Virus record (IMG/VR): IMGVR_UViG_3300028844_006787
Strand: one strand, 5' to 3'
Length of the DNA: 64,000 bases
Source: a virus
Lineage: Duplodnaviria; Caudoviricetes
The position numbers and the translations under genes are program-made. Positions 36,948 through 47,139 of this stretch are shown one piece after another; within the stretch, counting starts at the first letter, position 1; every line of letters starts with the position of its first letter. The notes under the pieces are model-generated. The model searched no databases. It was not told the DNA's origin and saw only the letters and a program-made list of their open reading frames with translations.

Positions 36948-39248
36948 TTACACTTTCTCAAGAAACTTTTTGTTCATTGTCTTGGCAACTTCGTGAATAT
37001 TATTAACATTAATAAATTGAGAATCTTTGCCATACATATTTCTGAATGTTCTTGCAAGAGATTCACGATGCCAACTACTATCTTCTACAAAATAACTCGA
37101 AACACGAATTCCTTTTTTACGAAGTGCATCTACTTGACGTTTGGTATGAGAAACCGCAGAGTTTCCTGCGTAATCAAAACCATTAACACCTTTAACACTA
37201 AAATAAGGTTGGCCATCTGAAATATTAACGAAATAAACATCTCGTTCATTTGTTGAAGGAACAAAAGTTTTGCTTAATGCTTCAAAGCACAATCCTTCCG
37301 GAGTATAACCACTTGGACTAAGCATCGGAAACAAATTCTTGATTTTTGCAAATGAATCTTTTGTTGAATCATAAGCAATTGCAACATAAGGAAAGTTTCC
37401 ATGAGTTGTACGAAAATCAATGCGAACATCAAGATTATCAATCATGCTTGCGGCCTTTGCCATTGCAACACTGGCAGACATTGTACGATGCCACTTGCTA
37501 TTTTCATTGGAATGACTTCCACTAAACATACTTGAACTGGCATCAATGCTGATATACAACATTGCTTTTTTGAATTTGCTGATTTCAAGATGACCAAATA
37601 CATTTTCCATTCCGTAACCAAGTTCATTGATTAAACGTCTTTCAATTCTTCCGGTGCGTTGACGCATAGTACGAAGTTCACGAACCTCACTACGAATTTT
37701 AAGTTTCTTTCCAAGAACAACACCCATTGTAATTCCTCGTTCAACACTTTTAGATGAAAAGTTAGGACGCATATAAACTTTCATTGGAAAATCTTCTGCA
37801 TCAATTACTGCTTTTGTAAGATTCTTAACAACGATACAATCAATAGGATTTACTTTTGAATCACTATGATAACCTTCATAATCAGAGCCAACTTGAACAA
37901 CTTCAGAACCACTCTGTTCGGCTGCTTTCATTGCTTCTTGATCTTTTTTAGAAGCACTTTTTTTCTTGAGATTACCATTCAAAAAGTCTTTTTGTTTTTG
38001 AAGTTGGTTTTCTATACGTTTCTTGGCAGACTTGCTGAGTTCTTTTTTCTTTTTGTTTCCGTTGTCTTCATCAGAATCTTCAGATGAACTAGAAGTTTCA
38101 TTGTCACCATCAGAATCAGAATTTGATGATTTGTTTTTTGCATCATCACCTGACTTCATATTAGATGAAGATTTTCCATCAGAATCGTTATCACCCGAAG
38201 ATGAAGATTTTCCATCAGAATCGTTATCACCCGAAGATGAAGACTTTGATTCGGAATTATCGTCATCAGATTCTTCATTGTCTTTAAAATCATTGTTCTG
38301 AAAGTCAACATCAGGATCACCTTCCTTACTGCTTTTGTTGTTTTTGGCATCGTTCATTGAAGATTCCCAATCAACATTTTTGACCACAACTTCAACAATA
38401 TCAACTGCGACTTCAAGAGCATCAAATGAATTTTTGATACGAGAAATATTATTTAAATCAAGAATCTTAACAATCTCACGAAGACCTTTAAGAGCATCTA
38501 AATCACGTGCTTCGTTAAGAAGATTGATAATACGCATACTATAACTACCAAGTGTTTCATCGCAATATTCACCACTTTCAAGTGCCTTAGATACATCTTT
38601 GGTAAGAAAATATTTGTTGTATAATGCCATATAATACTCACGATATCCTGGAGCATTTGTAAACACATAATTATCAATGCGTCTATCTTCCACCCAATTC
38701 CACATATCTTTGATATATCCAACCATTTGACGTTGAAGTTTAATCAAACCACTTTCATTTAAATGCTTTTTAATATCTTCAATTTCAATTAAATCTTGCA
38801 GAAACTTTTGCATTTTTTCTTCTGCTTTATTATCAGATTTAAAATCGTCACGTAGAATAGGAAAACGATACTCTGCATATCGTGCAGTTTCTTCACCGAT
38901 GATTCTTGATATTACTTTAAAATCACTCAATAAAATATGAGATGCTTCATGAAGAGCAAGTCCTACATCCGAATCAAATGTGTCGTTATTAGCATCTGCT
39001 GAAATAACAACCTTTTTACCATCGGTATAATTTTGACCTTTACAATTAAACTCAACAGGAATTTGTTGACCAGTTAAAATACTAACAAAGTTGGCAATAG
39101 CACGACGTCTACCCGACAACTTAATTAAGTCTCCGTAACTAATTCCACCTTTGCGTACTTGATGCGAACCATCAGCAAGCAAATCATCATCTTCAAATTC
39201 ATCTTCATCCATCCAAAACGAACTATGCAAATCTTTTAATAAACTCAT
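36948..39248 (-). CDS. CobT-like protein: HExxH domain, low-complexity linker, vWA domain
   Basis: ALHEASH, NWVEDRRI, MIDAS DASSSM, TPEG, ISDGQP. Confidence 0.88.
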   Translation of the reverse strand: MSLLKDLHSSFWMDEDEFEDDDLLADGSHQVRKGGISYGDLIKLSGRRRAIANFVSILTGQQIPVEFNCKGQNYTDGKKVVISADANNDTFDSDVGLALHEASHILLSDFKVISRIIGEETARYAEYRFPILRDDFKSDNKAEEKMQKFLQDLIEIEDIKKHLNESGLIKLQRQMVGYIKDMWNWVEDRRIDNYVFTNAPGYREYYMALYNKYFLTKDVSKALESGEYCDETLGSYSMRIINLLNEARDLDALKGLREIVKILDLNNISRIKNSFDALEVAVDIVEVVVKNVDWESSMNDAKNNKSSKEGDPDVDFQNNDFKDNEESDDDNSESKSSSSGDNDSDGKSSSSGDNDSDGKSSSNMKSGDDAKNKSSNSDSDGDNETSSSSEDSDEDNGNKKKKELSKSAKKRIENQLQKQKDFLNGNLKKKSASKKDQEAMKAAEQSGSEVVQVGSDYEGYHSDSKVNPIDCIVVKNLTKAVIDAEDFPMKVYMRPNFSSKSVERGITMGVVLGKKLKIRSEVRELRTMRQRTGRIERRLINELGYGMENVFGHLEISKFKKAMLYISIDASSSMFSGSHSNENSKWHRTMSASVAMAKAASMIDNLDVRIDFRTTHGNFPYVAIAYDSTKDSFAKIKNLFPMLSPSGYTPEGLCFEALSKTFVPSTNERDVYFVNISDGQPYFSVKGVNGFDYAGNSAVSHTKRQVDALRKKGIRVSSYFVEDSSWHRESLARTFRNMYGKDSQFINVNNIHEVAKTMNKKFLEKV
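38164..38243. repeat. 36 bp in-frame tandem duplication (SSSSGDNDSDGK x2)
   Basis: GATGAAGATTTTCCATCAGAATCGTTATCACCCGAA repeated exactly. Confidence 0.95.
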
Positions 39249-39284
39249 ATTTTTTTAATTACCTTTCTCACTCTTAATACACAT

Positions 39285-39313
39285 AGATTACCAAAATTAT
39301 TATAAAAAGTCAA
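39285..39313 (-). promoter_or_regulatory. Conserved-spacer promoter copy 14 (TTGACT-17-TAATCT)
   Basis: Member of 16-copy repeat. Confidence 0.85.
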
Positions 39314-39363
39314 CACCTAAATTTCATTTTCGTGAAAAAAGTTGAAACTTTTTAATTCGGCAA

Positions 39364-39546
39364 TCACAAATGTATGTTGGGATTTGGTGGTAATTGTTTT
39401 TTGAGTTCTTTGATTCTATGACGGATACCACCTATGGTTGTTTTCATCCAACCACAATCGTGCGGAAGAATTTGTGCTTCATACCATTTTATGGTTTCTT
39501 CCAAAACCTTAATGTGATCTTCTATTGTGAGTTTCTTGCTTTTCAC
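39364..39546 (-). CDS. Hypothetical protein
   Basis: Coupled ORF. Confidence 0.6.
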   Translation of the reverse strand: MKSKKLTIEDHIKVLEETIKWYEAQILPHDCGWMKTTIGGIRHRIKELKKQLPPNPNIHL

Positions 39547-39725
39547 TTGTTGATTTTAACGATGCCAACTAATGATAATGTCACACTTAAAATATAAAGT
39601 GTGCGAAATGCAAGTTGCTGAGTTGGATCAATTGGTTCAAACGATGCAAGAAATCCATATATTGAAAAACACAACAAACAACCAAGCAATAAACTAGATA
39701 ATAAACGATATAGAATTTTTATCAT
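39543..39725 (-). CDS. Small two-helix membrane protein
   Basis: Hydrophobic; GFLASFEP motif. Confidence 0.65.
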   Translation of the reverse strand: MIKILYRLLSSLLLGCLLCFSIYGFLASFEPIDPTQQLAFRTLYILSVTLSLVGIVKINK

Positions 39726-40396
39726 TTTAGTATAATGTTACGATAATAAACTTTCATTGGAGGTCCTGCGTGAACTTGCAACGCAAGAAGTCCTTCTGAT
39801 TTTCGGTGCTTGGTATCATTATCTATTACTTCACACATTTTTTTGTTGTTGATGTAATGTTCAAAGTGAAATTCATTTGCTACGATGCGATAATGATTCC
39901 ATTGATTCTTTTTAATGTAACTTCCAAGTTCAGTTGCATTTCCAATTTTAGTGATTTTTTTGATTAACTTTCCATCAGAAGTTCTTGATAATATAGTAGA
40001 ATCTCCTCGCAATGATAATATTCCACGAAATGATTCTCCGTAGCATATTCCTGAGAATTTATCTCCTGATTCAAAATCAGCCTGATACCCACCCACTCGG
40101 AATCCATCGTTATTACCAGGTTTCAAAAAACTTCTGTATTGAATTCCACTATTTCCAGTTTCTATTTTACACTCAAGACTTAACTCAAAGTTTTTTAATG
40201 TTCCGTTTTTCCAAATTAGAAATGTGTTTCCTTTTGTTGGATTTTGTTTTGTATTTGTTCCAACGATTGATTGATTTTGTACACTCCAATGTTGTGAATT
40301 ACCTGACCATCCATTTAAAGTTTTTCCGTCAAATAATGATTGCTCGGCAATTAGTGCATTACACAATAAAACTTTTAAAATAAAGATACTTCTCAC
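39722..40396 (-). CDS. DUF1080 (3-keto-disaccharide hydrolase family) secreted protein
   Basis: [38 protein letters not shown]. Confidence 0.92.
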   Translation of the reverse strand: MRSIFILKVLLCNALIAEQSLFDGKTLNGWSGNSQHWSVQNQSIVGTNTKQNPTKGNTFLIWKNGTLKNFELSLECKIETGNSGIQYRSFLKPGNNDGFRVGGYQADFESGDKFSGICYGESFRGILSLRGDSTILSRTSDGKLIKKITKIGNATELGSYIKKNQWNHYRIVANEFHFEHYINNKKMCEVIDNDTKHRKSEGLLALQVHAGPPMKVYYRNIILK

Positions 40397-41010
40397 TTTT
40401 CAGAATCTGATATGCGTTCTACAACTTCGTCAATCAAACCATATTCTTTTGCTTCAATAGCAGTCATGTAATAATCACGATCTGTATCCTTTTCAATTTT
40501 TTTGTAAGGTTGACCACTATTATCAGCAAGAACTTGATTTAGAATTCTTCTCCAACGAAGAATCTCTTGTGCTGAAATACTAATATCACTTGCTTGTCCT
40601 TGTGCTCCACCACTTGGTTGATGAATCATTACCCTACTATTCGGAAGAGCAAAACGTTTGCCTTTAGTTCCACTTGATAATAATACTGCTCCCATGCTTG
40701 CAGCCATACCAATGCAATAAGTTGTTACATCACACTCCATAAATCGTAGTGTATCATAAATTGCCATTCCATCTGCAACACTTCCTCCGGGTGAATTGAT
40801 ATAAACATGAACATCCTTCTTGGGGTCTTCCATTTGCAAAAACAAAAGTTGAGCAATAATAGAGTTGGTTACATACGAATCAATTTGTGTTCCGATAAAA
40901 ATAATTCTATCACGAAGCAAACGACTATAAATGTCCCACGCACGTTCTTGACGACCCTCACGTTCATAAACGTGTGGAAGAGGTAAATAAACATTATTTT
41001 GAATTTCCAT
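40393..41010 (-). CDS. clpP: ATP-dependent Clp protease proteolytic subunit (start corrected to MEIQ)
   Basis: [45 protein letters not shown]. Confidence 0.96.
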   Translation of the reverse strand: MEIQNNVYLPLPHVYEREGRQERAWDIYSRLLRDRIIFIGTQIDSYVTNSIIAQLLFLQMEDPKKDVHVYINSPGGSVADGMAIYDTLRFMECDVTTYCIGMAASMGAVLLSSGTKGKRFALPNSRVMIHQPSGGAQGQASDISISAQEILRWRRILNQVLADNSGQPYKKIEKDTDRDYYMTAIEAKEYGLIDEVVERISDSEK

Positions 41011-41099
41011 ATCTAACTTAGAATAATGCAACAATCATCTTTGTCAAATGTTTTTATTTTTTTATATTTTTCGTTTTATCACCCATACATTTGCCTATG

Positions 41100-41831
41100 T
41101 TATACATACCAACAACCATGCTCTTTCATAAGGTTAATCTTTTGTTGTTCTCCTACAACACAATTAAAATGTATTATTTTACAAATTGATTCTATTCTTT
41201 TTGAATGATTATAGTACCAGGATCCATTTGGGTATAAATCTTTATCAAGCAAGGTTAATTTAATTTTCTTTTCAGATGATAGTTGATGCAAAAAATTTTG
41301 ATCAGTTTGTTTCAGTTTAGTTTGTTTTATGAATAAGTTTAAAATATTTTGATCAAAACTAGGAGAGAGACTAAAAAATCCTGCACATGATGCCCCATTA
41401 TGATTGCTTTGTATTAATAAATAGTCTTTATTTTGATTGAGTTTATTTAATATATCGTCTTGAAAATTATTTTTAACAACAATATCTGTATCTAAATAAG
41501 TTAATGTTCTTCCACTTTCTAAAATTGCCTTGGCTATATGGTACTTAGCAAAACAAATCCAGATAAATTCTTGAGTATTAAATTTTAAAAAATGGGAATG
41601 AATATCAAATCCTAAGTTTGATGCATCTACGACATCGCAGAGACCTTTCATTTTGCCTATGGACTCTTTGTCTAGAGCAAAAAAAACAATCGGAAGGTTC
41701 TGAAGGTTACAACTTTTTGCTAAATTGATTGCTAATTCTATACCACCAATGTTACAGTAAAAGTAATTAACATGATCGTATTCATACAGATTAACAAAAG
41801 AATTTATATCATTAAAATTATTCACTTCCAT
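41100..41831 (-). CDS. Nucleotide-diphospho-sugar transferase (GT77-like)
   Basis: YLDTDIV, CAGF, DQ, YPNG, IHFNC.VG..K. Confidence 0.85.
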   Translation of the reverse strand: MEVNNFNDINSFVNLYEYDHVNYFYCNIGGIELAINLAKSCNLQNLPIVFFALDKESIGKMKGLCDVVDASNLGFDIHSHFLKFNTQEFIWICFAKYHIAKAILESGRTLTYLDTDIVVKNNFQDDILNKLNQNKDYLLIQSNHNGASCAGFFSLSPSFDQNILNLFIKQTKLKQTDQNFLHQLSSEKKIKLTLLDKDLYPNGSWYYNHSKRIESICKIIHFNCVVGEQQKINLMKEHGCWYV

Positions 41832-41879
41832 AACTATTATATATATAGTAAAATACTATTCCAAAGATGTCAAATTTAA

Positions 41880-42200
41880 TTACAAAGGAAACAATTCAAC
41901 TTTGATATTAACTTCCGACACAGGACGATTCGCAACTATTGCTTTTTGAGTTGCATCAAAATCAAAATTTTCAGGTGAATACAAATCAATTACTTCTTGT
42001 TCTGTGAATGTATATTGACCATTACTTTGCTCGGTCATGGTATTTGCTAGATCCTTGAAAGTAGTATTCAAAGCAATCAATCCATCGTATCCTGCTTCGG
42101 TCATTTGCATTTGTCCTATTAAAGTACCTGTGATACCTGCAAATGGATGCGTTGTATCTTCATCTAAATTATCTTTTCCGTTAAATACGTAGTTACTCAT
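41880..42200 (-). CDS. Hypothetical protein
   Basis: 106 aa co-oriented ORF. Confidence 0.65.
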   Translation of the reverse strand: MSNYVFNGKDNLDEDTTHPFAGITGTLIGQMQMTEAGYDGLIALNTTFKDLANTMTEQSNGQYTFTEQEVIDLYSPENFDFDATQKAIVANRPVSEVNIKVELFPL

Positions 42201-42226
42201 AATATCTTGTTATCAAATTTTCTTTT

Positions 42227-42475
42227 TTATGTCAATCTGCAAGTTGCACCTCTCCACATATGCTTCGCAGTAATTAAACCTCTTGCTTCAAGACCACGAA
42301 TTGCTGATACATGAGTTACTCCACCATAACCACCATCAGGATTTGGAGTGGCCTCAGTTCCATACATTGTTGTGTGAAAAAAGGTTTCTTTTCCGTCTTC
42401 ATCTATTCCAACAATAATTAACTTTTGCTTTTCGGTCAATTTTTCTGTTGCTAATATTTTCTCTTTTCTTGTCAT
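42227..42475 (-). CDS. Hypothetical protein
   Basis: Early cassette. Confidence 0.6.
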   Translation of the reverse strand: MTRKEKILATEKLTEKQKLIIVGIDEDGKETFFHTTMYGTEATPNPDGGYGGVTHVSAIRGLEARGLITAKHMWRGATCRLT

Positions 42476-42482
42476 TTTAAAT

Positions 42483-42656
42483 TTACGAATCGTTATTTGC
42501 TTTTACCCTAACAATCCAAGGAGCAAGTGCATTCCACTCAATTCTTTCATATATTGCAGTCTCACGATGTGGGACTCCTTGGTTTTTAATTTCTGTTAAC
42601 TTGTATGTTCCACACTCAGGAACTTCTATTGTATTTGAAAAATTATGTAAACTCAT
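42483..42656 (-). CDS. Hypothetical protein (start corrected to MSLHN)
   Basis: TAATG-coupled to 42656..42814. Confidence 0.55.
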   Translation of the reverse strand: MSLHNFSNTIEVPECGTYKLTEIKNQGVPHRETAIYERIEWNALAPWIVRVKANNDS

Positions 42657-42814
42657 TATGAATTTAATGTTTCTGAAATTTGTTCCACCAAATCGTGTGG
42701 AGATTCTCCCCAAAAAGGTTCACCTTGAAACAAAACCGCATATGGTTCAAATGAATCATCATCGTAGTATCTTGCGTTATTTTGTACGAACTCAATTATT
42801 TCTTGTTGTGTCAT
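42656..42814 (-). CDS. Small acidic hypothetical protein (52 aa, not in ORF track)
   Basis: MTQQEIIEFVQNNARYYDDD..., TAATG coupling. Confidence 0.55.
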   Translation of the reverse strand: MTQQEIIEFVQNNARYYDDDSFEPYAVLFQGEPFWGESPHDLVEQISETLNS

Positions 42815-42834
42815 AATTAGTAATTTAATTGCGA

Positions 42835-42978
42835 TTAGAATCTACCAAACGCAAAACTCAACTTGGGCATCTTTGTAAAATAAAAAGCACCCCTCTTACT
42901 AGTAGACTTGGTTTGAGTGTAACGATTAACGATACGATATACTTTCTTGATTTGATTAATTTGATTTTGTTCTCTCAT
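42835..42978 (-). CDS. Small basic hypothetical protein (start MREQ)
   Basis: First ORF after promoter copy 15. Confidence 0.5.
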   Translation of the reverse strand: MREQNQINQIKKVYRIVNRYTQTKSTSKRGAFYFTKMPKLSFAFGRF

Positions 42979-43024
42979 TGTTTTTTTATTTTTAGTGTTT
43001 ATTCTCTCAATCATCAATACAAGT

Positions 43025-43053
43025 ATATTACCAAAATTATTATAAAAAGTCAA
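43025..43053 (-). promoter_or_regulatory. Conserved-spacer promoter copy 15 (TTGACT-17-TAATAT)
   Basis: Shares about 49 bp with copy 7. Confidence 0.85.
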
Positions 43054-43064
43054 GCATTATTTAT

Positions 43065-43096
43065 AAAAAAATGACCCCCTTCGGGGAAAGGGGGTC
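43065..43096 (-). terminator. Intrinsic terminator
   Basis: GACCCCCTT/AAGGGGGTC stem with T7 on minus strand. Confidence 0.85.
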
Positions 43097-43243
43097 TCAT
43101 GTTAATCGGTTCGTTGCGGACGATGCCAGATTTCTCTGACTAGGTTCAGAACCACTCGACTTCTTTCAATGAATGATTGATATACATGATTTAAATTAGT
43201 ATGAAGATAAATTTAATAATTGCAACAAAAAGTTATTAACACC

Positions 43244-43274
43244 AAAAAAAAGTGGTCAATAACTTGACCACTTT
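43244..43274 (-). terminator. Intrinsic terminator after 43313..43609
   Basis: AAAGTGGTCAA/TTGACCACTTT stem with T-run on minus strand. Confidence 0.8.
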
Positions 43275-43312
43275 AGGGATGCCACGAATGTGAGGTGACA
43301 CGACTCCACCAT

Positions 43313-43609
43313 TTACTTGTCGTTTAAACGATTCTGTAAATTGTCTTTTTTAAATGGTGGTTTGGTTAAATGTCCATTTTTTCCATTGTTAATATTTGGA
43401 GAAATTCCACGAAGATCAAAATACACATCATCATCTTCTTCATCGGCTTCCTCTTCACAATATAACTCATCATATGTTCCGTTTTGACGTGCAATGAATT
43501 CTTCTACTATATCTTCAATACAAGCATCCCACTCGGATTGAGAATTGCGTTTATTTTCAAAAATGGAATCAAGTTCACTTACAAGTTTGTCGTCTAAATT
43601 AATATTCAT
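43313..43609 (-). CDS. Hypothetical protein, possible ribbon-helix-helix N-terminus
   Basis: MNINLDDKLVSELD...IEDIVEEFI. Confidence 0.6.
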   Translation of the reverse strand: MNINLDDKLVSELDSIFENKRNSQSEWDACIEDIVEEFIARQNGTYDELYCEEEADEEDDDVYFDLRGISPNINNGKNGHLTKPPFKKDNLQNRLNDK

Positions 43610-43670
43610 GGAATTATTATTCCACAAACATATTTTATAGTCAAGGTAAATCTAGAATAGTCTCAAGTAA

Positions 43671-44324
43671 CTACCCATTGTAACCCATGACCTCTATAAG
43701 TTCTTTATCAAGAAAACCGATATGATCAATTATATTTTGTGGAAATATATCACGATAAGTAAAATCGTAATTTTTACTTTTGTTTGAAACCGGAAGTTTT
43801 AAAGTTGGATAACCAATAAAATCAGCAACTTTTTGAAACTCAGTTTCTAAGTTTTCAAATTTTAAAAGATTATCTACGATAATATCACCATATTTATCTG
43901 CAACAAATTGAAATTGTGTTTTATTATTTTTCAAAATAGGCCACATTATTTTTTCAATATCATTTTTATCAAATAATACTTTCAGTGATTCTGCCTGCTG
44001 AATTGAATGCGTGTCCCAATATATTGAAGTATCTTTGTTTTTATATTTTTCTACATACTCTTTATAGTAAGTATAAAAACTAAAATATCTTTCCCACGGA
44101 TTTCTAATAACCGCAAAGTTACTAAAGTCAGAATAATCTACACCTTCATTTTCAAGATCCAAGGCAATTCGTTGAATAGTTGCGTGTTGATAAAACGCAA
44201 GACCTTCATTTGGTTGTCCAACATGACTTAAAATACCGGTAGGTTCTATACTCTTTCTGAATGCACTTGATGCAGTCTTAGGTATATCTACCATAATAAA
44301 TTTTTTGAATTTTGAAATTAACAT
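43671..44324 (-). CDS. Sulfotransferase family 2
   Basis: IPKTASS, IRNPWERYFSFY, KFENLETEF. Confidence 0.88.
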   Translation of the reverse strand: MLISKFKKFIMVDIPKTASSAFRKSIEPTGILSHVGQPNEGLAFYQHATIQRIALDLENEGVDYSDFSNFAVIRNPWERYFSFYTYYKEYVEKYKNKDTSIYWDTHSIQQAESLKVLFDKNDIEKIMWPILKNNKTQFQFVADKYGDIIVDNLLKFENLETEFQKVADFIGYPTLKLPVSNKSKNYDFTYRDIFPQNIIDHIGFLDKELIEVMGYNG

Positions 44325-44371
44325 CTTCTTTCTCTCCCTGTTTTATTATAAATATTAAATTAACTCAATTT

Positions 44372-45547
44372 TTAACTCGGTTTACCCCATATTTTATTCA
44401 AAGCATCATGCAGATCATCAATATCTATAAATGTCTTTTCACTTACAGAATCATCTGTATAAAGTAGTATGTTGTGGTTTATTCCAAGTCCTTGTATTGC
44501 CATGTGATAACCGTTAAATGGTTCTTGGACTTCAGCACATTCATAACTAGGTATAAATTCAACTAGGTTTACATTATCTAAATTTGAATACAATATATTT
44601 ATGAGTCCCGAACTATGTGGTCCAATTATAGTATGAGCATTTCTGAATATATTAATTTGTTCTTCAACGGAAAGTGTGTTTCCTTCAGAATCTTTTCCGG
44701 AAAATATCTTTAAATCTCCCTTTATTTTATTTTTTTCCATTAAAACTTTAATTGTCTCGATTATGTGCTTTTCATGTTCTTGATCTAGCAATCGTCTATT
44801 GGTAGTACCGTGCCTTGAATGATAAATTATATCACCACACTTTGTTTTACCTTCACCACATTTATTCAACCACTCTTTAAGATATTTTTGAAACTTTTTT
44901 CCCATTATACACGGATGCATATCAGGTGTAGAAACAATAAGTTCTCCGTCAATCTCAGCAGTTTCACCTAAATTTAACCAAACAATAGAATTATACAAAT
45001 CCAAATCAAGATTTTTAATTATATCTTTTTTGACAGGATCATTGAGCATTATATACTTACAATCACCACTAACTTGACTTTTCAACCACAAGAAGTATGG
45101 AAGTGCATCGTGTAATATATGCCCATAATTATGACTCCACCATGTATGAAATCCTACGTATTTACCAGACAATTTTATAATTTTTGAAGTTTCTTTGATT
45201 TTTGATTTGGTATACACAGGCCAATTTACAAATCCGGTGAATTCACCCCGTTCTTCATGCCATCCTGTAGATTTATAGTCTCTATCGTCTATAATTGAAG
45301 AACTTACCCATCCTGCTCCTTCTATTTCTATTGAGTTATTCCACGCACTCTGTGGCCAACTTATTCCTCCATTCCAAATTGCATATTTGCCATTTTTTAA
45401 TACATGAAGTGTTGGATATTCACGATCTTTACCGATGCTTGCTCCGATTAGCTTTTCATAGCAATAGTCTTTATATTCATTTAATATATTTTCTTTTTTA
45501 GAGAATATATTTGGCCAATTTATATCAAAATTATTATTATTTTCCAC
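44372..45547 (-). CDS. Glycosyltransferase family 61 (DUF563)
   Basis: NYGHILHDALP, SR....RRL, EQINIFRNAHTIIGPHSSGLIN. Confidence 0.85.
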   Translation of the reverse strand: MENNNNFDINWPNIFSKKENILNEYKDYCYEKLIGASIGKDREYPTLHVLKNGKYAIWNGGISWPQSAWNNSIEIEGAGWVSSSIIDDRDYKSTGWHEERGEFTGFVNWPVYTKSKIKETSKIIKLSGKYVGFHTWWSHNYGHILHDALPYFLWLKSQVSGDCKYIMLNDPVKKDIIKNLDLDLYNSIVWLNLGETAEIDGELIVSTPDMHPCIMGKKFQKYLKEWLNKCGEGKTKCGDIIYHSRHGTTNRRLLDQEHEKHIIETIKVLMEKNKIKGDLKIFSGKDSEGNTLSVEEQINIFRNAHTIIGPHSSGLINILYSNLDNVNLVEFIPSYECAEVQEPFNGYHMAIQGLGINHNILLYTDDSVSEKTFIDIDDLHDALNKIWGKPS

Positions 45548-45609
45548 AATTTAATTATTCCCTAGTCAGTATCGTGTCTATAAATATTACACACAACTAC
45601 TTCAGATTT

Positions 45610-45678
45610 TTATTCTCCCCACCATCTTACATAAACGTTTCCATATGAATGTCGTCCGAATGTTGGTTTTATTTCCAT
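45610..45678 (-). pseudogene. Possible remnant of hexapeptide-repeat (CatB/Vat-like) acetyltransferase N-terminus
   Basis: MEIKPTFGRHSYGNVYVRWWGE*KSEVVVCN resembles GxxSYG...WGE...iGnFCS starts. Confidence 0.35.
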
Positions 45679-45692
45679 TAAGAAAACTTCTA

Positions 45693-46475
45693 TTAATTGT
45701 TCTTATTTATTAAGTTTACTATAAAATCCCACTCCTGCACACGACTTAAGGTTCTATTATATGGATAATCAAAAACCAGAATATCTTTGATTGCTGGATC
45801 ACGCAATCCACCGTGCAAATGAATCAAATGAAATCGTTTGATATGTTCTTGGAATGTTTCTTTTAATTCAGGATTTAATATTAAACTAGATGCTATAATA
45901 TTTAAACGAGGTGTTGGAACACGATATGCACATTGTATAATATACATATCAGACAATTCGTCACCAGCATTTTCAAACCATTCACGTTCAAACTCTGTTA
46001 AATCAGAAATTTCACTTAAATCCGATGCATTGGAAAATTTTTTAAATAAATTCAACAAATAATCCGCAACATCAGGTGTTAGTTTTCCACACGAACCAGC
46101 ACCACAATACAACTCATCGTGATATGGAAATTTTTTAAATAATTCTGTACTAAAACTTTTATTATATACATCATAGTCACTCCAAACACTATCACCATGT
46201 TCTTTGACGAATTGAATATACGCAATCCAACGCATATAGCATTGTTTCATATAATCTTTATTTTGAATTTTTTTTGCACGATTATACAATAAAGAATTAT
46301 AGTTATTTAAGTTTATTTCGGAAAATTCTGAATGTAACTCTGCTGAACTTTGATCCAAAACAATTGGATTCCAACCTTTTGATTTCCAGCAAGATTCCCA
46401 TTTTTTTAATAATTTGAAACTTTCCGTTGAAAATGGAAGTCCAGCAATCGGTTGAAAATAAGATATCACATTCAT
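45693..46475 (-). CDS. Putative GT-A glycosyltransferase, paralog of 47743..48519
   Basis: GWNPIVL, CYMRWIAY, SDYDVYN (DxD). Confidence 0.65.
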   Translation of the reverse strand: MNVISYFQPIAGLPFSTESFKLLKKWESCWKSKGWNPIVLDQSSAELHSEFSEINLNNYNSLLYNRAKKIQNKDYMKQCYMRWIAYIQFVKEHGDSVWSDYDVYNKSFSTELFKKFPYHDELYCGAGSCGKLTPDVADYLLNLFKKFSNASDLSEISDLTEFEREWFENAGDELSDMYIIQCAYRVPTPRLNIIASSLILNPELKETFQEHIKRFHLIHLHGGLRDPAIKDILVFDYPYNRTLSRVQEWDFIVNLINKNN

Positions 46476-46500
46476 TTAATATAAATATAACTTTTTTATA

Positions 46501-47139
46501 TTATTTTAAAAATTGGTCAACCGAGATAAGATTCAACCAGTTTTTTCTATTTTTTTCTAAATTCTCATAAGTTAAATCAGAAAACTTTACATCCAACTTG
46601 TTTTGTTTTCCTTTTTGAATAATTCCTACACCAAAATCAGTATCAATAGTTTTCATGCTAAGATCGTCACGATAAATCTTTAATTTTACAAATGCTTTCC
46701 AACAATCACCGTTCCATAGACCATATTCTTGATTACCCTTTTCTTTTTCCCGCAATACATATTCGTGGCGTTTAGGATCTGTTTTTAACAATTGACGTTC
46801 ATAAATAATAGGATTCATGTCGTGACATACTATATAACCACCTTCATTTAAACGATCAAGTGAGTTTAATATATCACATTCAACTTGTTCTGCTTCATGC
46901 AGTCCGTCAATAAAAATTAAATCAAATTTTTCGTAATTAAATTGAAAATATTCATCTGATGTAATTTTGTGGGTAGGGTCACGATCACATTGTAATTCCG
47001 TATCAGGATCGACTCCTACTTTATATTCTATGTCAATTTTATCATAGTTTTCTTTATGATCCCTAACACCAATTTCTAGGTATGTTTTTGCTTCAATTTT
47101 TTTTGCAAGTAAATTTATAATATCTGTTCTCAATAGCAT
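46501..47139 (-). CDS. Class I SAM methyltransferase (Methyltransf_24-like; start corrected to MLLRTD)
   Basis: YLEIGV, VGVDP, DLIFIDGLH, GGYIVCHD, WNGDCWKA. Confidence 0.88.
   Translation of the reverse strand: MLLRTDIINLLAKKIEAKTYLEIGVRDHKENYDKIDIEYKVGVDPDTELQCDRDPTHKITSDEYFQFNYEKFDLIFIDGLHEAEQVECDILNSLDRLNEGGYIVCHDMNPIIYERQLLKTDPKRHEYVLREKEKGNQEYGLWNGDCWKAFVKLKIYRDDLSMKTIDTDFGVGIIQKGKQNKLDVKFSDLTYENLEKNRKNWLNLISVDQFLK

Noticed and set aside
35379-39248. Cobalamin biosynthesis genes cobS/cobT
   Set aside because: Only fold-level similarity; no CobN or other cobalamin genes, and such AAA+/vWA pairs are common in phages.
16862-43053. Shared N-terminus MTFYN(N/I)FG on ORFs 16667..16903, 28430..31504, 32819..33535 and 42835..43053, which looks like a conserved leader peptide
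   Set aside because: Artefact of the ORF caller starting at TTG in or next to the -35 box of the repeated promoter; real starts are downstream.
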